A DNA stretch of 60,134 nt from Candidatus Saccharimonadales bacterium (lineage in GTDB: Bacteria > Patescibacteriota > Saccharimonadia > Saccharimonadales > SZUA-47). A model generated the notes under the pieces. It saw nothing but the letters and a program-made list of their open reading frames with translations, had not been told where the DNA came from and made no database searches. Where the stretch lies: contig JBBQVE010000009.1 of NCBI GenBank assembly GCA_038211855.1, positions 1 through 60,134 on the forward strand, written 5' to 3'. A program made the position numbers and the translations under genes. Position 1 is the first letter of the stretch. The number at the start of each line of letters is the position of its first letter. Below, one piece after another: positions 8,274 to 18,214 of this stretch.

Positions 8274-11200
8274 CTAGGCTTCGATGCTGGCGAGCTTCTC
8301 GCGAGCAGCTTCTTCGGCGTCCAAGACATCTTGACCACCAGTCCCTACAGGGATACGGCGACCCAAGATCACATTTTCTTTTAGGCCATAAAGGTGGTCA
8401 ACTTTACCACTGGTGGCAGCCGCAATCAAGACACGAGTGGTGTCCTGGAAGCTGGCAGCACTCAGGAATGAATCAGTTGAAAGTGACGACTTGGTGATAC
8501 CAAGTAGCAACTGCTCGTACTGGATCATCTCTTTTTTGGCCTTCTTAAGCTCTTCGTTCTTCATGAGGGCCGACTGCTTGCTGACGACGTCACCAGTGAC
8601 GAATTCACTGTCACCTGGATCTTCAACCATAACACGGCTGAACATCTGGTGAACGATGATTTCGAGGTGTTTGTCAGCAATATTTTGGCCCTGTGCAGCA
8701 AAGATACGAAGGATTTCGTTCATGATGTAGCGCTGGGTGGCTTCGACGCCAGACAGTCGCATCAAGTCATGAAGGTTGATTGAACCATTCGTCATGCGGC
8801 CACCACTAATGACTTCGTCGCCATCTTTGATAGTCATCTGCTTAAAGCCAGGAACTTCGTAGCGCAAAACACTCTGTTTGGCAGGCGTGACAATAATGAC
8901 ACTGCCGGCAATTTCGGCCTTACCAGCCATTGGGGTAACGAGGGGCTTTTTGCCTTCAGCGGCTTCGGCGACAACATCGCCGATCGAAACGTCGCTACCA
9001 GACTTGATCTTCGGTGAGCGACCGTCGAGTGGCAGTTCAAGCTTTTCTTTGTCCTTTGCCGTAATCTGAACGACATAGTGATCACCTTCTTCCCATAGGT
9101 TGGCAGTACCACTGATATCAGCAAGGTAAGCTTGGCCCTTTGGTGTACGAACTTCGAACAACTCTTCAACACGAGGCAGACCAGAGGTAATGTCATCACC
9201 GGCGACGCCACCAGAGTGGAACGTCTTTAGTGTGAGCTGAGTACCTGGTTCACCGATGGATTGAGCAGCAATCACACCTGCAGGATGGTAGCTAGAAACC
9301 AGCTGGCCAGTGGCAGGGTCAAGGCCGTAACTCTTGCGTGGAATACCACGAAGGGCCTGGACACTTAGAACACTCATGATCTTGACGTTGTCGATAGCGG
9401 CTTCAGCGTCAATCGCATCAGCGATTTCAGTCGTAAAGAGTTCACCTTTCTTGATGTAGCCCTTAACGTCCGTTGCAGCAAAGCGACCACGGAGGCGGCT
9501 GCCGTAAGATACGCCAATTTCGGCTGCATCGGCACGGCGCATTTCAAAGCCTCGGTCAATGACGTCTTCGTCAGTCGTGAACACATCCTGTGCAACATCA
9601 ACGAGACGACGGGTCAAGTAACCGGAGTCGGCGGTCTTCAGAGCGGTATCGATCATACCCTTACGAGCACCACGGGTGGCCGTAAAGTATTCAAGAGGAG
9701 ACAGGCCCTTCTTATAGTTCGAACGAATTGGCAGTTCAATCGCACGACCGGTCGCATCAGTGGTGACACCAAGCATACCGACGGCAGTTTTGACCTGACC
9801 GATGTTACCACGAGCACCTGAGATAACCGCAATGGACATCGAGCTGTCTTCGCCGGCAAATTGCTCAGCAAGCGTTGTCTGGACAGTCGCGTCTGTCGTC
9901 ATCCAGTTATCTACGGTCAATCGGTAGCGTTCTTCTTCGGTGATGAAGCCTTGGTTGAATTGGTCGCTGATTTCAGCTGATTTCACTTCAGCAGCATCCA
10001 TGAGCTTATCGAGTCCAATCAGTTCGCTAAAGTCATCCATACCCATTGAAAGGCCGGATTTGGTAGCAAACTCAAAACCGAGGTCTTTGAGGTCATCGGC
10101 GATTTCAGCAGTTTTTTCCTGGCCATATTTCTGATAGATTGCCGCCATAACACCCTGTAACTTCTTCTTGGTCATTGGCTCGTTTTGGAAGGTAAAGTCT
10201 TCTGGCAGGATTTCGTTGAACAACAGGCGGCCGAGCGTCGTTGCACGTCGTTCGCCACGGTAATTGACTGTAATCGGGTGCTGCATTGACATGACATCAT
10301 TGTCGCGAGCCATGATGGCTTCGCTGATGTCGCTGATGGCACGAGGTTTGAGGTCCTTAAGGCCTGGACGGTCGTAGGTCAAGTAGAAACAACCAAGCAC
10401 GATGTCCTGCTCGATGTGAAGGATTGGCGAACCATCGGCTGGCTTTAGCAAGTTTTTGCTGCTAGCCATGATTTCGCGGGCTTCCTTTTGTGAGGCAGCG
10501 CTAAGTGGCAAGTGGACAGCCATCTGGTCACCATCAAAGTCGGCGTTGAAGCCCTTACAGACGAGTGGGTGCAATTGAATAGCTTTACCTTCGATAAGCA
10601 CCGGCATGAAGGCCTGGATTGATAGACGGTGGAGTGACGGTGCCCGGTTAAGGAGCACGTACTTGCCTTTGATGACTTCATCAACGGCGTCCCAGACGGC
10701 AGTTTCACCAAGTTCGATCATACGGGTTGCACTACGGATGTTGTGAGCAAACTCGCGCTCAATCAACCAGCCGATTACGAATGGTTTAAAGAGTTCGAGG
10801 GCCATCATCTTTGGCAGACCACATTGGCTGATCTTCAGTTCAGGACCAGCTACAATAACGGAACGACCAGAATAGTCGACGCGCTTACCGAGCAAGTTCT
10901 GACGGAAACGACCCTGCTTACCCTTAAGCATATCGCTCAATGACTTCAAGCGGCGGCGTTGGCCAGTTGCGGCAACAGCACGGCCGCTGCGAGCGGAGTT
11001 GTTATCGATCAAAGCATCAACAGCTTCTTGAAGCATACGCTGCTCGTTGCGGCGGATGACTTCTGGAGCGTTTAGCTCAATCAGTTTCTTAAGCCGGTTG
11101 TTGCGGTTAATGACACGGCGGTAGAGATCGTTCAGATCAGAGGTCGCAAAGCGGCCACCAGTCAACTGCACCATTGGACGAAGATCTGGAGGGATGACAG

Positions 11201-12095
11201 GAAGCACACTAACACACATGCTGTTTGGTTTGATGTTGGCGCGCTGCATACCTTCGAGAAGGCGGAGGCGCTTCATCAGCTTCTTTTTGCGCTGTCCTTT
11301 GGCTTCGTCAGTCTCAACGCGGAGAGTTTCGATCAGTTCATCAAGATTGATGTGATCAAGCAGGTTCTTCAATGCAGCACCGCCCATGCCAACCTTGGCA
11401 AGCGCGCGAACTTCACTTGGCATGTTGCGGAAGTCGGTTTCGGTTACGAGGGCCTGTTGCTGCAATGCTTCCAACTGACTCTTGAGGAGTTCCCACTCTT
11501 TGGCGTATTCATCAAGTTCTTTGGTCTGAGCTGCAGCCAGTTCTTTGACTTTGGCACCTTCGAGCTTGGCTTCGCTCTCGTAACGAGACTTAATCGCTTC
11601 GTTACCAGCTGTAAACTCGGCTTCTTTGTCGGCAAGCATTTTGTCGCGGGCTTCAGCGTCGACAGTAATAACGATATAGCTGGCAAAGTAAGCAACTCGC
11701 TCGAGACTCTTAACCGTCATGCCAAGGAGTAAACCGATAGCAGATGGCGTCCCGCGTAGGAACCATATGTGAGCAACTGGTGTTGCTAACGTGATGTGGC
11801 CCATACGTTCGCGTCGCACAATGCTCTTGGTGACGAGCTCGCCATTTTTGTCGATGGCAGCTTCGCGGCTGCGGACACCCTTATATTTGGCGTCGTGCGG
11901 GTTGATGTCTTTGACTGGTCCGAAGATTCTTTCGCAGAACAAACCGTCACGTTCAGGCTTCTGCGTGCGGTAGTTGATGGTTTCTGGTTTGGTAACTTCG
12001 CCGTGGCTCCACTCCATGATGTCATCCGGGCTGGCAACTGCCAAGCGGACGGCGTCAAAGTCGGAGATATTCATGCCGGATGTATATTTTCTCAT
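8274..12095 (-). CDS. rpoC: DNA-directed RNA polymerase subunit beta'
   Basis: 1273 aa containing the NADFDGDQMAVH catalytic motif. The start overlaps the rpoB stop (TAATG). AAAGGAGG lies upstream. Confidence 0.98.
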   Translation of the reverse strand: MRKYTSGMNISDFDAVRLAVASPDDIMEWSHGEVTKPETINYRTQKPERDGLFCERIFGPVKDINPHDAKYKGVRSREAAIDKNGELVTKSIVRRERMGHITLATPVAHIWFLRGTPSAIGLLLGMTVKSLERVAYFASYIVITVDAEARDKMLADKEAEFTAGNEAIKSRYESEAKLEGAKVKELAAAQTKELDEYAKEWELLKSQLEALQQQALVTETDFRNMPSEVRALAKVGMGGAALKNLLDHINLDELIETLRVETDEAKGQRKKKLMKRLRLLEGMQRANIKPNSMCVSVLPVIPPDLRPMVQLTGGRFATSDLNDLYRRVINRNNRLKKLIELNAPEVIRRNEQRMLQEAVDALIDNNSARSGRAVAATGQRRRLKSLSDMLKGKQGRFRQNLLGKRVDYSGRSVIVAGPELKISQCGLPKMMALELFKPFVIGWLIEREFAHNIRSATRMIELGETAVWDAVDEVIKGKYVLLNRAPSLHRLSIQAFMPVLIEGKAIQLHPLVCKGFNADFDGDQMAVHLPLSAASQKEAREIMASSKNLLKPADGSPILHIEQDIVLGCFYLTYDRPGLKDLKPRAISDISEAIMARDNDVMSMQHPITVNYRGERRATTLGRLLFNEILPEDFTFQNEPMTKKKLQGVMAAIYQKYGQEKTAEIADDLKDLGFEFATKSGLSMGMDDFSELIGLDKLMDAAEVKSAEISDQFNQGFITEEERYRLTVDNWMTTDATVQTTLAEQFAGEDSSMSIAVISGARGNIGQVKTAVGMLGVTTDATGRAIELPIRSNYKKGLSPLEYFTATRGARKGMIDTALKTADSGYLTRRLVDVAQDVFTTDEDVIDRGFEMRRADAAEIGVSYGSRLRGRFAATDVKGYIKKGELFTTEIADAIDAEAAIDNVKIMSVLSVQALRGIPRKSYGLDPATGQLVSSYHPAGVIAAQSIGEPGTQLTLKTFHSGGVAGDDITSGLPRVEELFEVRTPKGQAYLADISGTANLWEEGDHYVVQITAKDKEKLELPLDGRSPKIKSGSDVSIGDVVAEAAEGKKPLVTPMAGKAEIAGSVIIVTPAKQSVLRYEVPGFKQMTIKDGDEVISGGRMTNGSINLHDLMRLSGVEATQRYIMNEILRIFAAQGQNIADKHLEIIVHQMFSRVMVEDPGDSEFVTGDVVSKQSALMKNEELKKAKKEMIQYEQLLLGITKSSLSTDSFLSAASFQDTTRVLIAAATSGKVDHLYGLKENVILGRRIPVGTGGQDVLDAEEAAREKLASIEA

Positions 12096-15000
12096 TACGC
12101 GGCCTCCTTTTCTTCGGTGTCGGTTTCGGAATCGATATCTACAAATTCGTTGGCTTCGATACTGACTGTGACAGGTACGTCATCACCGTCTAGTGTAATG
12201 ACTTCAAAATCGTCGAGTGCAGCGTCTTCAGTCATGTCGATTTCCGATACTTTTTCGACAGGAATTTCGATTGTTGCAGCGGCTTCTTCTTTGATGTTAT
12301 TCGCGAGAACTTCTTCGGCATCGAGAACTGTACCTTCGTTATGCTGCATAAGATCAACCTTAAGACCGAGACCCTGGAGTTCCTTCACAAGCACGTTAAA
12401 GCTTTCTGGAACCTTTGGACCAACGATGTCGGTACCCTTAATGATGGCTTCATAAGCTTTGGAGCGTCCGTAGACGTCATCAGATTTAATCGTAAGCATT
12501 TCTTGGAGCATATTGCTGGCGCCATACGCTTCAAGCGCCCAGACTTCCATTTCTCCAAAACGCTGACCACCGTTTTGAGCCTTACCACCGAGCGGCTGCT
12601 GGGTAACCATGGTGTATGGACCAGTTGAGCGGGCGTGGATTTTATCAGTAATCATGTGGTTCAGCTTGATCATGTACATACTACCAACAGTGGTGCGCTC
12701 TTTGTAAGCGTCGCCGGTGCGGCCATCGTACAACTGCTGTTTGCCGTCGTCTGGTAGGCCAGCTTCAACGAGCAAATCTTTGATCTTCTGGGTAGGAACA
12801 CCGTTAAAGCTTGGGCTGGCAACATTAATGCCGAGGGCACGAGCAGCCATACCCAGGTGGGTTTCGAACAACTGTCCGACGTTCATACGACTTGGAACAC
12901 CAAGCGGGTTCAAGACGATATCAACCGGTGAACCGTCTTCGGTAAATGGCATGTCTTCTTGCGGTAGAATGCGGGCAATGACACCCTTGTTTCCGTGACG
13001 TCCACCGAGCTTATCACCGACCGAGATTTTGCGCATCTGGGCCACGAAGACCTGAATCTGCATCAACACACCAGCTTTGAGTTCATGGCCATTGGCGCGG
13101 CTGAAGACTTTGACGCCGACAACTTTACCATGCTTGCCATTGCTCATACGCTGTGAGGTATCACGGACTTCTTTGGCTTTTTCACCAAATATAGCGCGCA
13201 ACAGGCGCTCTTCTGAGCTCAGTTCCTGCTCACCCTTTGGGGTAATCTTACCAACGAGGATGTCGCCAGGATGGACTTCGGCACCGATGCGGACAATACC
13301 GTCTTCATCAAGATGGCGGAGTGCTTCTTCTGAAACGTTTGGAATATCAGATGTGACAATCTCAGGTCCAAGCTTGGTTTCACGGACTTCGGTCATATAG
13401 TCTACGATGTGAACACTGGTCAACGTATCATCTTCAACGAGCTTACGTGAGATGACGATAGCATCTTCAAAGTTATAGCCGTTCCATGGCATGAATGCGA
13501 CGAGAAGGTTCTTGCCGAGGGCAAGTTCGCCACCAGCGACTGACATACCTTCAACGAGGATATCACCAGCCTTCACCTTATCACCACCATTCACGACGAC
13601 TTTCTGATTGATGCTCGAGCCTTCATTAGAGCGAACATAGTGCATAGGCTCGTAGGTCACTTTACGGGTTTTGTAAGAAACAACGACGCGACGGGCGTCA
13701 GCCGAAACGACTTCACCGTCTTCTTCAGCCATAATAATCTGACCAGAGTTACGGGCTACTTCGCCTTCGAGTCCAGTTCCGACAATCGGTGCTTCTGGCA
13801 CGATCAGTGGTACAGCCTGGCGCTGCTGGTTACTACCCATGAGTGAGCGGTAGACGTAGTTCTTTTCGATGAATGGAATTAGACCTGCCGATGAGCCGAT
13901 AATCTGGCGCTTGGCAGCATCCATAAAGTTCACTTCACTTGAATCAACTTCTCCAGCAACGAGGTTCTTGCGAACACTGACGCGAGCGTTTTTGAAGTAG
14001 CCGTTTTCGTCGATATCCTCACCGCTACTGGCAATAACAGCCTGTTCTTCGCCGGCTGCATCCAAATAAAAGACTTCGCTGCTCACTTTGGCTTTGACTG
14101 GCCAAGTCGCGCGTTCTTTGACCGCTGCAAGCTTCTTGGCGTCGGCGTCGGTAATCTTGTCACCTGATTTAACGATGACTTTACCAGCGGCATCTTCAAG
14201 GTTGGCTGAGGCGATATGACCGACAGCATCTTTGGCTGTCGCCGCGTTTATGACGCGCAGATAAGGAGTTTCAAGGAAACCGTAGTCATTAATACGGGCG
14301 TACATTGCCATGTTGAGCACGAGGCCGATATTAGCACCTTCTGGCGTCTCAACTGGGCAGATACGACCATAGTGAGTGGCATGAGCATCGCGGACTTCAA
14401 AACCAGCACGTTCGCGACTCAAACCACCAGGCCCCATCGAGCTCAAGCGGCGCTTGTGAGCGAGCTCTGAAAGTGGGTTAATCTGGTCCATGAACTGGGA
14501 GAGCTGTGAGCTAGCAAAGAATTCGCGGACTGCAGCGACGACTGGGCGGGCATTGATCAATTGACCCGGCGTGACCGTTTCGATTTCGCTCATTGACATA
14601 CGATCTTTGGCATTACGTTCCATGCGCAGTAGACCGATACGGAACTGGCGCTGAACAAGTTCGCCGACCAATTTGACGCGGCGGTTGGCTAGGGAGTCGA
14701 TATCATCGGCGGCATCTTGGGTATTATTAAGACGAATCACTTCTGCAACGATGGCCATAAGGTCTTCGATACGCATCACGCGGTTTTCGGAAGTATTAGG
14801 AGTATCGAGGTCGAGGCGCTTGTTGATCTTATAGCGACCAACGCGGCTAAAGTCGAAACGCTTGTAGTTAAAGAACATGTTCTCCACTAACGAACGAGCG
14901 TTATCGACGGTCGCAAGGTCACCTGGACGCAAGCGGCGATAGACTTCAATCAATGATTCATTGACGCCACGAGCTGGATCTTTTTCGAGGGTAGCAGTCA

Positions 15001-15661
15001 GATAGCTGGTCTTACCAGAATCGACATGCTTCAAGCCTTCACGCATCTGAGCCTCAGAAAGACCAAGCGCACGAAGTAAAGTGGTGACAGCAAGCTTACG
15101 CTTGCGGTCTATTTTCACGAAAATCGCGCCGCTGGCGCTGGTTTCGAACTCAAGCCATGCACCCCGGCCCGGGATGAGTTTGGCACCGTATAAGTTGGTC
15201 GAACCATGAGAATCTGCCGTAAAGAAGACACCAGCCGAACGGATGAGCTGACTGACGACGACGCGCTCGGCGCCGTTAATGATGAAGGTTCCACGAGTGG
15301 TCATCCATGGATAGTCACCAAGGTAAATTTCCTGCTCTTTGACTTCACCAGTAATTTTGTTTGTCAATTCAACGGTTGCTTTCAGCGGTGCGTCGTAACT
15401 CACGTTATTTTCGCGGGCCTCAGCTTCAGAAAGCTTAGGATCCTCAAAGCGATACTTTTTAAAACGAATACTCAATTTTGTGCCAGTATAGTCATCAATC
15501 GGGCTGATTTCGGCTAAGAGTTCACCGAGGCCTTCATCTACAAACCACTGGAAGGATTTGTTCTGATGGTCTACCAAGTTCGGTAGGTTAATAAGTTCTT
15601 TGTGCTCGCTAAAATACTGGCGCACCTTTGGTTTGCCATTCATAACAGGGGCTTTGCTCAT
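12095..15661 (-). CDS. rpoB: DNA-directed RNA polymerase subunit beta
   Basis: 1188 aa with conserved beta-subunit blocks (GRHGNKGV, EMEVWALEAYGA) and an acidic C-terminal tail. Confidence 0.98.
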   Translation of the reverse strand: MSKAPVMNGKPKVRQYFSEHKELINLPNLVDHQNKSFQWFVDEGLGELLAEISPIDDYTGTKLSIRFKKYRFEDPKLSEAEARENNVSYDAPLKATVELTNKITGEVKEQEIYLGDYPWMTTRGTFIINGAERVVVSQLIRSAGVFFTADSHGSTNLYGAKLIPGRGAWLEFETSASGAIFVKIDRKRKLAVTTLLRALGLSEAQMREGLKHVDSGKTSYLTATLEKDPARGVNESLIEVYRRLRPGDLATVDNARSLVENMFFNYKRFDFSRVGRYKINKRLDLDTPNTSENRVMRIEDLMAIVAEVIRLNNTQDAADDIDSLANRRVKLVGELVQRQFRIGLLRMERNAKDRMSMSEIETVTPGQLINARPVVAAVREFFASSQLSQFMDQINPLSELAHKRRLSSMGPGGLSRERAGFEVRDAHATHYGRICPVETPEGANIGLVLNMAMYARINDYGFLETPYLRVINAATAKDAVGHIASANLEDAAGKVIVKSGDKITDADAKKLAAVKERATWPVKAKVSSEVFYLDAAGEEQAVIASSGEDIDENGYFKNARVSVRKNLVAGEVDSSEVNFMDAAKRQIIGSSAGLIPFIEKNYVYRSLMGSNQQRQAVPLIVPEAPIVGTGLEGEVARNSGQIIMAEEDGEVVSADARRVVVSYKTRKVTYEPMHYVRSNEGSSINQKVVVNGGDKVKAGDILVEGMSVAGGELALGKNLLVAFMPWNGYNFEDAIVISRKLVEDDTLTSVHIVDYMTEVRETKLGPEIVTSDIPNVSEEALRHLDEDGIVRIGAEVHPGDILVGKITPKGEQELSSEERLLRAIFGEKAKEVRDTSQRMSNGKHGKVVGVKVFSRANGHELKAGVLMQIQVFVAQMRKISVGDKLGGRHGNKGVIARILPQEDMPFTEDGSPVDIVLNPLGVPSRMNVGQLFETHLGMAARALGINVASPSFNGVPTQKIKDLLVEAGLPDDGKQQLYDGRTGDAYKERTTVGSMYMIKLNHMITDKIHARSTGPYTMVTQQPLGGKAQNGGQRFGEMEVWALEAYGASNMLQEMLTIKSDDVYGRSKAYEAIIKGTDIVGPKVPESFNVLVKELQGLGLKVDLMQHNEGTVLDAEEVLANNIKEEAAATIEIPVEKVSEIDMTEDAALDDFEVITLDGDDVPVTVSIEANEFVDIDSETDTEEKEAA

Positions 15662-15829
15662 GCAGTATCCACTTTCTTATTGTCCACTGATCAGGCGGAC
15701 TTAGTTGTATGAGTTTTGCTTGATTGTTTGTTCTTTGGCCGGAAGAACACTACGCGACCGCCAGTTTTTGAGGGCTCCAAAAAGACCTTTAAAATGGCGG
15801 TTGCAACGTATACTACTTCTTAGCATGGA

Positions 15830-15858
15830 ATTATGTGCTGATGTATTGCAATTGTCAA
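15830..15858 (-). promoter_or_regulatory. candidate sigma70-type promoter for rpoBC (TTGACA-17 nt-CATAAT)
   Basis: The minus strand has TTGACA (15858-15853), a 17-nt spacer and CATAAT (15835-15830). It sits just after the stop of the 94-aa ORF and would give a leader of about 165 nt. Confidence 0.45.
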
Positions 15859-15859
15859 G

Positions 15860-16144
15860 CTAATTAGTGACGGTTTTCTGACCATAAAATACTCTGAGAG
15901 GCATGCCTTCTTGGATGACATCGTAAGGGTCTGAATCATGAGCTGTCACACCAGCAGAATCTGGCAATAACGCGATGGTACCATCGATCCCCGCTGGCTT
16001 CATACCTGGTACCTGCGACCAGGCATCTAACATGCGCTCATCAGTCAGTGGTACGGCTGCAAAGAAGCGGCTCATTGCTTCACGACGACGATAGCCTTTC
16101 CCGTAGGTAAGTCCGTCGTCAGGAGTGTCCAGCCAAAAATCCAT
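15860..16144 (-). CDS. hypothetical protein, 94 aa
   Basis: ORF between clpP and rpoB. The frame stays open for 38 further codons upstream (to 16258) without an ATG, GTG or TTG. It may be a remnant or use an unusual start. Confidence 0.4.
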   Translation of the reverse strand: MDFWLDTPDDGLTYGKGYRRREAMSRFFAAVPLTDERMLDAWSQVPGMKPAGIDGTIALLPDSAGVTAHDSDPYDVIQEGMPLRVFYGQKTVTN

Positions 16145-16250
16145 GTCAGCACCCGTGACGACGGTCGTATCACTGATCTGAACTGCTTGCTTCGTTTTAA
16201 CCGTGCCAATGCCTCGAGATGCGGAGCTACGGTGGCGCGACGGACGATAA

Positions 16251-16841
16251 TTAACTGATTATCTTGTCGACTATGCCGTACTTCTCGGCTTCTTTCGCAT
16301 CCATCCAGTAATCACGCTCAGCATCGGCTTCGACTTTGCTGATTTTTTGCCCAGTGTTCTTGGCCATGATTTCGTTCAAGATCTTCTTTACGTGCAGTGA
16401 TTCTTTGAGGTCGATTTCCATATCAGTTACCTTGCCGCGAGTGCCGCTGCTTGGTTGGTGGATCATTACCTTGCTGTGAGGTAGCATAAAGCGCTTTCCT
16501 TTAGTACCAGAGCTGAGCAAGAAGGCAGCAGCACTGGCTGCCAACCCCATACCGACAGTGTTAATATCAGGTTTCACGAAGTTCATGGTGTCATAAATCG
16601 CCAAGGCATCATACACGCTGCCGCCTGGACTATTGATATAGAACCAGATATCTTTCTTAGCGTCTTCACTCTGCAAAAACAGCAGCTGAGCAACAATGAC
16701 GTTTGCAGTATGCGGGTTAACGTCTTCACCAAGGAAGATGATGCGTTCTTTTAAAAGTCGGCTATAGATGTCAAAAGCACGTTCGATACGTCCATCGGAT
16801 TCGATGACGGTTGGAATCATAAAGTTTGTTGGATGAGTCAT
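16251..16841 (-). CDS. clpP: ATP-dependent Clp protease proteolytic subunit
   Basis: 196 aa with full-length ClpP similarity ([19 protein letters not shown] with the catalytic Ser, MIHQP with the catalytic His). Confidence 0.97.
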   Translation of the reverse strand: MTHPTNFMIPTVIESDGRIERAFDIYSRLLKERIIFLGEDVNPHTANVIVAQLLFLQSEDAKKDIWFYINSPGGSVYDALAIYDTMNFVKPDINTVGMGLAASAAAFLLSSGTKGKRFMLPHSKVMIHQPSSGTRGKVTDMEIDLKESLHVKKILNEIMAKNTGQKISKVEADAERDYWMDAKEAEKYGIVDKIIS

Positions 16842-16847
16842 AGTGAA

Positions 16848-16877
16848 AGTTTAACAGATCAAATTAGCACTCGTCAA
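16848..16877 (-). promoter_or_regulatory. candidate clpP promoter (TTGACG-18 nt-TAAACT), -10 box ends 6 nt before the ATG
   Basis: Minus strand reads TTGACGAGTGCTAATTTGATCTGTTAAACTTTCACTATG. There is no Shine-Dalgarno, which suggests a leaderless or near-leaderless mRNA. Confidence 0.4.
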
Positions 16878-16890
16878 GTGAGAGTGCCAA
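16864..16890. promoter_or_regulatory. CIRCE-type inverted repeat (HrcA operator-like) upstream of clpP
   Basis: TTAGCACTC-GTCAAGTGA-GAGTGCCAA compared with consensus TTAGCACTC-N9-GAGTGCTAA gives one mismatch. A 31-nt block identical to 34523-34553 includes it. Confidence 0.7.
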
Positions 16891-16891
16891 T

Positions 16892-18166
16892 TTACTGTTG
16901 CGTGAGGAGTCGGATTGTTTTTTCGGTCAGAATCCGGCTGGCGATTTCACGCTGATTCTCGACCTTATCGAGCTCTTCGCGCATCTTGTCATCATTATAC
17001 TGGGCCTTCAACGAGTTCAATCGAGCATCAAGTTCATCTTTTTCGACAGTAATCTTCTCTAGTTCAGCAATTTCGCTCAGCACTAAGCCAGCTTTGACAC
17101 GGTCGATGGCTTCCGGACGCAGCACTTCTTTGGTGTACTGTTCTTCGGTTTTACCTTCAAGTTTGAGGAGCTCTTCATAGGTTTGACCACGCTGAATAGA
17201 GTTTTGGCGGACTTCATTCACCAGCATAGCAATCTGTTCTTCGACGAGTGCGTCAGGCACGGCAAGCTTGGCCTTGTCGGTAATCGCCTTCAAGGTGGCA
17301 GCTTCATGTTCGCGCCGGGCGGCGTCTTGTTTGTCGAGCATCAGTTGTTTTTCGATATCAGTTTTGAGCTGCTCAACAGTTTTAAATGGCCCGAGCGAGG
17401 CGGCAAAAGCCTCATCAACCTTCGGCTTTACGACTTCTTGGACTTTATTGACTGTTACTTTGAAGGTTACTTTTTTGCCTGCCAGGCTACTTGCAGAATA
17501 ATCTTTGGGGAACGTAAGTGTAAATTCCTTCTTGCCGCCGGCCTTCACCCCAACCAATTCCGGTTCAAATCCTGGAATGAATGTATTGCTGCCAAGCACG
17601 AGTGGGTAGTCTTTGCCATCAGCCCGATCAATTGCCACACCTTTGGCGTCAAAGCCATCAAAATCGATCCACAGCTGATCGGTATCTTTACTGGTGCGAT
17701 CAACATCTTTCTTTTCTGCAGAACGGGTACGCAGATTTTCAATGACGCTATCAACATCTTTGGCTGTCACCTTGGCATCCGGTTTTGGCACTTTAATTGT
17801 CTTGTAGTCAGGCAACACGATCTTACCAACGACCGTAGCTTCGGCATCAAATTCAAGCTGGGTAAACGGTACAAACTTCTTAATCGTCACCTTTGGCGCT
17901 GCGATTGGACGAAGCTTTTCACTCTTTGCAGCAGCAGTGTAGAGCGCCGTCATTGCCTCATCCAAAAAATCATTTTGCAAGTGGTTTTGATCTGTTGACT
18001 TCTCGACCAGTTCGAGCGGCATATGGCCCTTGCGGAAACCAGCTGAGCGCATATCTTTTTGTAGGTGCAAAAGTACCTTGTTCTTATATTTTTCCATCTC
18101 TTTTGCATCTGCTCCAATCTCGAGCAGGACAGACGTGTCATTTTTCCATGTAATTTTGAATCGCAT
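16892..18166 (-). CDS. tig: trigger factor
   Basis: 424 aa with N-terminal ribosome-binding, FKBP-like PPIase and C-terminal domain layout. It lies immediately upstream of clpP, as in many bacteria. Confidence 0.93.
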   Translation of the reverse strand: MRFKITWKNDTSVLLEIGADAKEMEKYKNKVLLHLQKDMRSAGFRKGHMPLELVEKSTDQNHLQNDFLDEAMTALYTAAAKSEKLRPIAAPKVTIKKFVPFTQLEFDAEATVVGKIVLPDYKTIKVPKPDAKVTAKDVDSVIENLRTRSAEKKDVDRTSKDTDQLWIDFDGFDAKGVAIDRADGKDYPLVLGSNTFIPGFEPELVGVKAGGKKEFTLTFPKDYSASSLAGKKVTFKVTVNKVQEVVKPKVDEAFAASLGPFKTVEQLKTDIEKQLMLDKQDAARREHEAATLKAITDKAKLAVPDALVEEQIAMLVNEVRQNSIQRGQTYEELLKLEGKTEEQYTKEVLRPEAIDRVKAGLVLSEIAELEKITVEKDELDARLNSLKAQYNDDKMREELDKVENQREIASRILTEKTIRLLTQQ

Positions 18167-18214
18167 AAGACACCACTATAACAGATGGGGGTCGTTCATG
18201 CGAGCATAAGAACC

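Noticed and set aside
12095-12360. Acidic C-terminal tail of about 85 aa on RpoB.
   Set aside because: Acidic C-terminal tails occur in RpoB of Gram-positive bacteria (for example Bacillus). It is not distinctive enough to flag.
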